In this document: positions 56,627-64,000 of the stretch, one piece after another
How positions within the stretch are numbered: position 1 is the first letter of the stretch
Layout of the letters: every line of letters begins with the position of its first letter
Origin: Prevotella sp.
Lineage (GTDB): Bacteria; Bacteroidota; Bacteroidia; Bacteroidales; Bacteroidaceae
Assembly: GCA_017508965.1 (NCBI GenBank)
Contig: JAFWQT010000102.1
Location: 3,780-67,779, forward strand
Length of the DNA stretch: 64,000 bases
Direction: 5' to 3'
The notes under the pieces: model-generated
The model's input: only the letters and a program-made list of their open reading frames with translations
What the model was told of the DNA's origin: nothing
Databases searched by the model: none
Program-made: the position numbers and the translations under genes

Positions 56627-57652
56627 ATGAATCGAGAAGAATTTGCAAAACGGCTTGAAGGAATCCAAATACAAGAAGGTACAGACCCTAAAATTCTTTA
56701 TGACAGCGTGTTGCCTATTAGTGACGCGTTAACACAGATGATGCCGCAGAGTCTATTCCGTTATAGGTCTTGCACTGAGAAGCAAATAGATGCATTTCAA
56801 AAAGATACTATTTATGCAGTATCTGCTGACCTGTTTAACGATCCCTATGATACGCTAGTTAGGTATGATCTTGATAGTATAAAAAATTACGTGAATGCCT
56901 TATTGGAAACGAATAGCCTTGTTCAGTTGAAAAAATATCTTGAAGAAGAAAATGATTTCACAAACAATGTGAAAGATTCATTTCCTAAGGGCATGGTAGA
57001 GAAGATAAAAGAGCAAATATTGGCAACAGACTTCGAAGAAAAGAAAGATTTTCTTGCTACTTATAAAAGCCAAATGGTGCAAACAATAGATTTCTTATAC
57101 CCTCTTTTAGCAGATGCTAGTAAACGGTTTGTTTCTATTGCATGCTTTTGCGAGTCAGTACAATCTATAACAATGTGGAGTCATTATGCAGATTATCATA
57201 AGGGATTTGCATTAGAATACGAAATGCGTCCAACACTAACAAAAGGAATTAAAGAGGGGGTTGGGTTATATCCTGTAATATATGATGATGTACGTTACGA
57301 TGCTTCTCAATACGTGGCATGGGCTTTTTTGAAAATGTTTGGCATTAGTGCACCAAATCCAGACGTCCTTTCTCATACAAAATGTGCTTTGCATAAATCA
57401 AGGCAATGGGAGTATGAAAATGAGTGGCGTCTTGTAGACTATTCTACAAGAAACTATTTAGTGGAAAATATCACATCCATCAATTACAAACCTACGGCCA
57501 TTTATTATGGAGTACATATTTCCAATGAGAATAAAGAACGCTTGCATAAGATTGCCAAGGCAAAAGGTATAGCAGAGTTTGATATGTATATTGACTATTC
57601 TTCTCCAAAGTATGAGATGATGTATAAATCACACAAAAGTTCTTCGGATTAA
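56627..57652 (+). CDS. DUF2971 domain protein
   Basis: LFRYR, FNDPYD, CFCE...MWSHYADYHKGFALEY and KSRQWEYENEWR motifs. Confidence 0.88.
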   Translation: MNREEFAKRLEGIQIQEGTDPKILYDSVLPISDALTQMMPQSLFRYRSCTEKQIDAFQKDTIYAVSADLFNDPYDTLVRYDLDSIKNYVNALLETNSLVQLKKYLEEENDFTNNVKDSFPKGMVEKIKEQILATDFEEKKDFLATYKSQMVQTIDFLYPLLADASKRFVSIACFCESVQSITMWSHYADYHKGFALEYEMRPTLTKGIKEGVGLYPVIYDDVRYDASQYVAWAFLKMFGISAPNPDVLSHTKCALHKSRQWEYENEWRLVDYSTRNYLVENITSINYKPTAIYYGVHISNENKERLHKIAKAKGIAEFDMYIDYSSPKYEMMYKSHKSSSD

Positions 57653-57743
57653 CAAGCGATTCCTGAGAATTAACAAACGAAGGAATCATATTTTGCAGGC
57701 TACAAGCGTTATATATAAAGTCGGATTAACAAACGTACAAGAT

Positions 57744-57881
57744 ATGACAGAACAAGCATTACAACAATATCTCATCAAGCAATACCCCAAGGAGGATGAG
57801 GGTTGCGAGTGGAAGGAGTTCAAGAACCTGAAGAATGACTTCAGCGGTCATGAGAATAAACGGAGACTTTTTACGTTCTAA
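57744..57881 (+). pseudogene. AlbA_2 (Schlafen-like) gene N-terminal fragment
   Basis: MTEQALQQYLIKQYPKEDEGCEWKEFKNLKN, followed by a premature stop. Confidence 0.6.
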
Positions 57882-57902
57882 CAATAAGAATCGTACAATA
57901 TT

Positions 57903-59353
57903 ATGGAATATATGGATTTCAAAAGGCTCATAGACTGTCTGTTGGTCAAGAATAAGGAAACGGAGGGATAGAGTTCAAGGAAAACTTTCACTCCAAAGAA
58001 GAAATTGGGGAGCGGATTTCTGCCCTTTCCAATAGCGCATTCCTTTGCAATATGCCATACGGCTATATGGTATTTGGAGTTAATGACGATACGCTCAAAG
58101 TTGTTGGTACAGACTTCTATGCGACACGGAAGAAGGTCGGAAACGAAGAACTGGAGTCATGGCTGTCAACTCGCCTTAATCCTCGTATTGACTTTGAGAT
58201 AATTGATGATTTCGATTATGAGGACAAAGGGCATGTCTGTGTATTCAAGATACCTGCAGCCACGAATCAGCCCGTTTCTTTTCTTCATGAGGAACATGTC
58301 AGAGTTGGCTCAACGACGAGGAAGTTAAGGGACTTCCCGCAAAAGGAGGCGAAAATATGGAAGGGTGGACAAAAGGCTTTAGAGAAAATCGTGGTCAAGG
58401 GAAAACTGACAGCAGCGCAAGTGCTCTCTTTGCTGAGCGCAGAGACGTACTTCGACATGATGAAGCTACCTCTTCCTACTGATACAATAGGCATCATTGA
58501 CCGTATGCTTGCCGAGAAAATCGTGATTCAAGACGAAGTGGGTTATAGCATCACTGAACTCGGTGCCATGTTGTTTGCCAAACATCTGTCTGATTTTGAT
58601 GACTTGCGGAGGAAGATGGTACGGGTCATAGTGTATAAGGGAAAGAGCAAACTTGACATAGTTCGTGAACAATCTTTTGATGCTGGCTATGCCATTAGTT
58701 TCAAGACGATGGTTGAGTGGATTAACAGTCAGCTCCCTGCCAATGAAGAGATAGGGCAGGCACTCCGTTCTACAGTCACTATGTATCCTGAGATTGCTGT
58801 CAGAGAGATTGTTGCCAACATGTTGGTACATCAGGATTTCAGCGAGAAAGGTTTCCCTCTGGTAGAAATATATACTGACCGAATAGATGTATCCAACCCA
58901 GGACAGCCTATTATCAGTGTTGAAAGGTTTATTGACGAATACAATTCACGCAACTCATCATTAGCAGACCTCATGCGTCGATTGGGCATTTGCGAAGAAT
59001 TAGGTAGTGGGCTTAACAAGGCTGTAGCGGCTATTGAGTTGTTCCAACTTCCACCGCTTCGTATTACGGTTCAGGAGGCACGAACTACTGTTACATTGTT
59101 TGCTTATCGTAAGTATGCAGACCTTGACAGACAAGAACGTATATACGCTTGTTATCAGCATGCCTGTCTGAAGTACGTCACCAATGACAAAATGACCAAC
59201 CTGACGCTTAGGGAGCGTCTTGGAATAGACAAACAAAACTACCCGATGGCTTCACGCATCATAAAGGATGCTTTAATTGCAGGAAAGATAAAGGAGGAGA
59301 AGACGGAGAACCAAAGCCGAAACAATAAGGGATATGTGCCATTCTGGGCTTAG
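57903..59353 (+). pseudogene. AlbA_2 + HATPase_c_4 + wHTH protein with a 1-bp frameshift near codon 22
   Basis: The frame from ATG 57903 stops at 57969. The -1 frame continues IEFKENF...ISALSN...FGVND, REIVANMLVHQD, SNPG and CEELGSG. Confidence 0.8.
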
Positions 59354-59476
59354 GGTATGTAACTGGTATGTAACTGGAGGCTTGTTTTTATACTTAACAG
59401 ACATTGAAGTCTCCCATAAATAAAGGGCTTCTTGAATGTCCTCGGTATGTAACTGGTATGTAACTTACATGTAACT
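59354..59476. repeat. Paired tandem ggtatgtaact 11-mers
   Basis: Copies at 59354, 59365, 59444 and 59455, plus a partial copy near 59467. Confidence 0.75.
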
Positions 59477-59728
59477 GAACTACAGGTGGTGAACTCAGGA
59501 TTAACAAATGGTACAAATAAAAATCGCAACCAGAATGCTCTGTAGATACTGCTAGCAATGGATATTTGGCTGATGCTTGATTAACAAACAAAATGCAATT
59601 AACAAACCAGAATCAACAAAAAGAGATATGGTTATATCAGATTTGTTTTGTACCTATACAATCGGTAAGAGCGTTCTTTGGATTGGTGCCGTTTGTAAAA
59701 ATGGCTAAATGGTGTTCATCATCCAAAT

Positions 59729-59757
59729 GTATTCGCTAATCACGGATTAGCGAATAC
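59729..59757. terminator. Hairpin downstream of the esterase gene
   Basis: gtattcgctaatc-acg-gattagcgaatac. Confidence 0.55.
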
Positions 59758-59783
59758 ATCTATAAGATGGGGGCAGAGGGTTG

Positions 59784-61352
59784 TCAGTGTTTCTTTCTCA
59801 GGCTCTCGGCCTGCTGGCGCTTGGCCTTGAAGAAGCGGTCTACGAAGTCTATCTGCTCGCGGTTGGGGCGCATGATGAGCGAGGCGCCGTTGGAGAACTG
59901 CATGGTGGTGGGCTTGGAGTCGTCGAACGTGGGCCAGTAGGGCAGTCCCTTGCCGTTGGGGTTGCCGGTCTTGGCAAAGTTTATCCAGTACTGCTGGATG
60001 ATTTCGGCGACGGCGGCCTCGGCGGGGTATTCGTCGGGGTGGGTGAGGAAGAAGCCGTTCAGGTACATGATATCGTCGGCATGGGCCACGCCGCGGCGAC
60101 GGGGGTCTTGCGAGAAGCTGCGGGTAGAGGGCTGTGCCAGGTAGGCGGCGTAGGCTCCGCTGTGGCCGGTCTTGGCCTGCAGGCTTACCCATGCGTAGGA
60201 GGGCCATGCGAAGCCGATGTCGCGGAAGGCGTCGCCGTTGGCATGGAAGGCTTCGTCGTCGGTGTTGCAGGGATATACTTTCAGGGCTTCGTCGGCCATG
60301 TCGCCGAACATCATGCGGGCCGACTTCTGGTAGTTCTCGGCCTTGATGTTGCCGGGGGTGAAGAGGGCGCCCTCGTCGGAGTTGGTCATGGCGATGACGG
60401 GCACGTCGTTGTACTGGCCGCGTTCGTAGAGCCGGTACTGGTCGTCGGTGATGACGTAGCCGTCTACACAGGGCCAGAAGCCGCCGAAGCCCACGTTACC
60501 GTCGCAGAGGGCCATGGCGTCCATCTTGCGCAGCTGCTTGAGGTTCTTCTTCTTGAGGTGCCGCTGGAAGGCGAGTCCCTGCTGCTCGGCTCCTTTCTGC
60601 GAGGCATCCATGCCCAGCGAGCGCGGCTGGTCGGTCCATGGGGCAAACGAGCCGCCGCTCTGGCTGATGCAGCGGTGGAAGAGTCCGCGGGCCAGTGGTG
60701 AGGCGCAGAGCATGCTGCAGCTGATGGCTCCGGCGCTCTCGCCGAAGATGGTGACGCACGAGGGGTCGCCGCCGAAGTTGGTGATGTTACGCTGCACCCA
60801 CTGCAGGGCGAATATCTGGTCGAGCAGGCCGTAGTTGCCGGAGTGGTGGCCGGGGTCTTCCTTGGTGAGTTCGGGATGGGCCATGAAGCCGAGGGCTCCG
60901 GTGCGGTATTCGATGCTGACGATGACCACTCCGCGCAGGGCGAGGTGGCGCCACAGGTCGCCGGCATAGTGCTCGGTCTGGAATCCGCCGCCGTGAATCC
61001 ATACCATGACGGGCAGGCGGTCGGCAGCAGAGGTGGCGGGGGTGGCGATGCCGAGGTAGAGGCAGTCTTCGCTCATCATGTCGGCCGTCCGCCCGGGGCG
61101 TGTGGGCTGCGGTGGCATGGGACCGAACTGGTCGCACACTCTGACGCCGGTCCATGGCTTGGCAGGCTGGGGAGCCCGCCAGCGCAGGTCGCCCACGGGC
61201 GGTGCTGCATAGGGGATGGCCTTATAGACGGCGAGGGGGCCGTCGGGCACGCCTTCCACGTCGCCGGTCTCTACATGTGTTCTCAACAGTGGCTGTGCGC
61301 TGGCAGCCGTCGCAATGAGTGCGAGGAAAAGTAAGCAAAGATGTTTTTTCAT
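59784..61352 (-). CDS. Type B carboxylesterase/lipase, secreted
   Basis: IPYAAPPVGDLRW, SEDCLYL, WIHGGG, FGGDP and GESAG motifs. Confidence 0.95.
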   Translation of the reverse strand: MKKHLCLLFLALIATAASAQPLLRTHVETGDVEGVPDGPLAVYKAIPYAAPPVGDLRWRAPQPAKPWTGVRVCDQFGPMPPQPTRPGRTADMMSEDCLYLGIATPATSAADRLPVMVWIHGGGFQTEHYAGDLWRHLALRGVVIVSIEYRTGALGFMAHPELTKEDPGHHSGNYGLLDQIFALQWVQRNITNFGGDPSCVTIFGESAGAISCSMLCASPLARGLFHRCISQSGGSFAPWTDQPRSLGMDASQKGAEQQGLAFQRHLKKKNLKQLRKMDAMALCDGNVGFGGFWPCVDGYVITDDQYRLYERGQYNDVPVIAMTNSDEGALFTPGNIKAENYQKSARMMFGDMADEALKVYPCNTDDEAFHANGDAFRDIGFAWPSYAWVSLQAKTGHSGAYAAYLAQPSTRSFSQDPRRRGVAHADDIMYLNGFFLTHPDEYPAEAAVAEIIQQYWINFAKTGNPNGKGLPYWPTFDDSKPTTMQFSNGASLIMRPNREQIDFVDRFFKAKRQQAESLRKKH

Positions 61353-61362
61353 ATTTTGTATA

Positions 61363-61630
61363 TTTAGGAGTTTAGGAGTTTAGGAGGAAGCCCCGCCTTT
61401 ATCAACCACCCCTGGCCCCTCCTTTCTAAGGAGGGGGAGTAGATACTCCAGAGGCTGTTGTACTCCCCGCCCCTGAAGGGGAGGGGTTAGGGGTGGGGAG
61501 TGTAATATCATGACAGCTGCCGAGAATACTGACCCCACCCCTTGCCCCTCCCCTACATGGGAGGGGAGTTCGTTAGCCTCCCCTCGGGGAGGTTGGAGGG
61601 GGTTGCCCCTCATTGAGGTTGGAGGGGTTG
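61363..61630. repeat. 8-mer tract plus REP/BIME-like palindrome cluster
   Basis: (tttaggag)3 followed by several cccctcc...ggagggg hairpins. Confidence 0.8.
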
Positions 61631-61760
61631 GCTGGCTATCTCCTTTGGAGTTTTATTTCGTTGCAAATATACGAAAAAAATGAACGCGGAACAATAGAAT
61701 AGAGTCTTTTTTTGTGCAGAGTCGGGGTATAATCTCTAAATAAACGAGATTTCTTTTGTT

Positions 61761-62137
61761 TTGTTCTCGCTTAATCGTAACTTTACGTCGTACCTCCGTG
61801 AAGTTACTTTCGCTCGACAAAGCAAATTAAAACAAGTTTTATTTGCATTTGTTCTCGCTTAATCGTAACTTTACGTCGTTCCTCCGTGAAGTTACTTGCG
61901 TTCGACAAAACAAAATAAAACCAGTTTTTTTTGTTTTGTGCTCACTTATCCGTACCTTTACGTCGTTCCTCCGTGAAGTTACTTGCGCTCGACAAAGCAA
62001 ATTAAAACAAGTTTTATTTGCATTTGTTCTCGCTTAATCGTAACTTTACGTCGTTCCTCCGTGAAGTTACTTGCGCTCGACAAAGCAAATTAAAACAAGT
62101 TTTATTTGCATTTGTTCTCGCTTATCCGTAACTTTGC
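61761..62137 (+). repeat. Tandem array of four 87-88 bp units plus a partial fifth ending in a promoter
   Basis: Units start at 61761, 61849, 61936, 62024 and 62112. Each has two hairpins. The array ends in TTTG-N20-TAACTTTG. Confidence 0.92.
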
Positions 62138-62174
62138 AGGCGGAAAAATGGGGCTATGTTAATGCATGTGGGTA

Positions 62175-62280
62175 CCCCCCTCCTTGTAAAGGAGGGGCTG
62201 GGGGTGGTTGATTATCTCTGCGGCAAATAAGCAATGGGACATCAACCCCACCTAACCTCCCCTTTCTAAGGGGAGGGATT
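62175..62280. repeat. Inverted REP pair
   Basis: cccctccttgtaaaggaggggctgggggtggttgat ... atcaaccccacctaacctcccctttctaaggggaggga. Same family as 2587-2718. Confidence 0.8.
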
Positions 62281-62324
62281 AGTTAGCCACTGAAATAAAC
62301 ATTGCCCTGAAAAAAATCTGACGA

Positions 62325-63206
62325 ATGACGCGAGAGAAGGAAATATACAAGGTGACGCTGGTGGGCAGCGCAGGCAACGCGGCGCTGCTGACCTTTAAGT
62401 TCATTGCCGGCGTGATGGGCAACAGCTCGGCCATGATTGCCGATGCCGTGCACTCGCTCTCGGACTTCGTGACCGACATTCTGGTGCTGGTGTTTGTGAG
62501 CATCAGCGCCAAGCCGCAGGACACGTCGCACGACTATGGCCACGGCAAGTTCGAGACCATTGCCTCGTTCCTGATAGGACTGGCGCTGGTGGCGGCGGCC
62601 ACGGGTATCGTGGTGTCGGGGGCGCTGAAGCTGTGGGCTTGGTGGGGTGGTGCTGAGCTGGAGTCGCCGGGATGGATTGCGCTGTGGGCGGCTGTGCTGT
62701 CGATTGTGATTAAGGAACTGCTCTATCAGTACACGGCGCGCCGGGGGCGCAAGCTTGACTCGCAGGTGATGATTGCCAACGCATGGCACCACCGGAGCGA
62801 TGCGCTCTCGTCGGTAGGTGCCGCCGTGGGCATCGGTCTGGCGCTATGGCTGGGACAGCACTGGGCGGTGTTCGACCCGCTGGCCTCGGTGGTGGTGGGA
62901 CTGATGCTGATGAAGGTGGCCTACGAACTGCTGAAGACGAGCATCAACGAACTGACGGAGAGCTCGCTGCCGGCGGAAACGGAGCAGGAGATAGAGCAGA
63001 TTATCCTGTCGTTCGGCGATGTGCGCCAGCCGCATAATCTGCGCACGCGCCGCATTGGCAACCGCATTGCCATTGAGGCCCATGTGAGGATGGACGGACG
63101 GCTGCCGCTGGAAACCGTGCACGAGCGTGCCACCACCATAGAGCGGAAACTGAAGGAGCGCTTCGGCAATAACACGCACGTCACCCTGCACATGGAACCT
63201 TTTTAG
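62325..63206 (+). CDS. Cation diffusion facilitator (FieF-like) transporter
   Basis: ADAVHSLSD, HDYGHGKFE, NAWHHRSD and HMEP motifs. Confidence 0.95.
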   Translation: MTREKEIYKVTLVGSAGNAALLTFKFIAGVMGNSSAMIADAVHSLSDFVTDILVLVFVSISAKPQDTSHDYGHGKFETIASFLIGLALVAAATGIVVSGALKLWAWWGGAELESPGWIALWAAVLSIVIKELLYQYTARRGRKLDSQVMIANAWHHRSDALSSVGAAVGIGLALWLGQHWAVFDPLASVVVGLMLMKVAYELLKTSINELTESSLPAETEQEIEQIILSFGDVRQPHNLRTRRIGNRIAIEAHVRMDGRLPLETVHERATTIERKLKERFGNNTHVTLHMEPF

Positions 63207-63259
63207 TTTAGAGTTCAGAATTCATAGTTCATAGTTATGATTACCTTTTATGATTGTTT

Positions 63260-63850
63260 ATGAAGTATAGCACTGTTATCAAGGCTGTGATGGCATCGGT
63301 GATGCTGTTTGCCGCAATGTCCGTCTCTGCCCAGGAAGAGAATGGGTTCAAGAAATTCAACGTGAGGGAAGACTTCGCGGAGAACGGTTTCCAATGGTTC
63401 CACGATGCCGAGCTGCTGGCTGCCGGCGACCGCGAGAAGAGCAACGCCATGACGATAGGGTGGGGCGGAATAGGTACACTATGGGGGCGCACGGCGCTGA
63501 CCGTGTATGTGGCCGAGAAGCGCTACACCAAGGAGTTCATGGACCGCTCGGAATATTTTACGGTGATGGCCTTCGACGTGGCCCACAGCAATGTGCTCAA
63601 CTATATGGGACGACAGAGCGGAAGGGACGGCGACAAGGCCAAGGCGCTGGGGCTGCACACGGCCTATACTGAGAATGGCACACCCTACTACACGGAGGCC
63701 GAGATGGTGATTGAGTGCAGGATTATGTATGCCGCACCCTTCGACCCACAGTATTTCAAGAGTGATGCGCCCAAGAATATGTACCGCAACTTCCCCGCTG
63801 GCGTGCACACCATGTACATCGGCGAGGTGGTGAATGCCTGGAGGAAATAA
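63260..63850 (+). CDS. Flavin reductase-like protein with signal peptide
   Basis: NAMTIGWGGIG, RYTKEF, GRQSGRDGDK and HTMYIGEV motifs. Confidence 0.85.
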   Translation: MKYSTVIKAVMASVMLFAAMSVSAQEENGFKKFNVREDFAENGFQWFHDAELLAAGDREKSNAMTIGWGGIGTLWGRTALTVYVAEKRYTKEFMDRSEYFTVMAFDVAHSNVLNYMGRQSGRDGDKAKALGLHTAYTENGTPYYTEAEMVIECRIMYAAPFDPQYFKSDAPKNMYRNFPAGVHTMYIGEVVNAWRK

Positions 63851-64000
63851 TGGTCAGTCAGGTAGAAATCACGCTGAAGCCCAAGTCGAGGGGTTTCCAT
63901 CTGGTGACGGGTGAGATTGTGCGCCAGTTGCCTGCGCTGCCCGCAACGGGCATCGTCAACATCTTCTGCAAGCACACCAGCTGCGGACTGAGCATCAACG
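63850..64000 (+). CDS. yjbQ: YjbQ/UPF0047 family protein (partial; runs off the right edge)
   Basis: Manual translation MVSQVEITLKPKSRGFHLVT...IFCKHTSCGLSIN. Confidence 0.85.
   Translation, partial: MVSQVEITLKPKSRGFHLVTGEIVRQLPALPATGIVNIFCKHTSCGLSIN

Larger units (their letters stand above)
46200..59720. mobile_element. AT-richer defence island on a degraded conjugative/mobilisable element (boundaries approximate)
   Basis: Visible drop in GC and codon bias relative to the flanks, a mobA remnant, RM/McrBC/Fic/DUF2971/AlbA genes and several pseudogenes. No integrase seen. Confidence 0.75.

Noticed and set aside
46200-59720. GTCGAC avoidance in the island as evidence for MTase specificity
   Set aside because: I saw no site in the island and many in the flanks. 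Only a few are expected in 13 kb of AT-rich DNA and the scan was by eye, so this is not significant.
46198-59760. att-site direct repeats or a tRNA target flanking the island
   Set aside because: No convincing shared repeat, tRNA or integrase was found at either end.
61761-62137. Possible CRISPR array
   Set aside because: The units are near-identical over their full 88 bp, with no unique spacers and no cas genes.

Overview
Bacteroidales chromosome segment, most likely Prevotella-like. The assignment rests on TAnnTTTG promoters, SusC/SusD pairs and a hybrid two-component system. Left to right: start of a HipB-like XRE gene; AAA ATPase; a CapA / DUF3160 / hypothetical / TlpA envelope cluster; pnp followed by a decayed Fic/Bro-N patch; a SUFU-domain gene; an orphan gene bracketed by a duplicated kdgK 5' end; kdgK; an orphan SusCD pair; glnK-amtB-TorF plus a truncated amt; a candidate sRNA; umuC-umuD beside a four-helix-bundle gene; a PUL (GH28, HTCS, SusC, SusD, propeller-DUF362, GH2, GH115); a GPx-nitroreductase fusion; a ~13.5 kb AT-richer defence island (46.2-59.7 kb); then esterase, CDF transporter, flavin reductase and the start of yjbQ. 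The best novelty candidate is in the island: XRE controller + HgiDII-like m5C methyltransferase + GHKL/MORC ATPase whose C-terminus looks like a Swt1-type HEPN RNase rather than a DNase, followed by HNH and McrB-Fic-McrC. The non-coding DNA carries several repeat families: promoter-containing 84-88 bp hairpin units, REP/BIME-like palindromes, 7/8/9-mer simple repeats that also enter coding sequence, and a symmetric GTGAAAC array. I saw no CRISPR array, tRNA, rRNA, integrase or reverse transcriptase. All family calls come from motif recognition by eye, not database searches.
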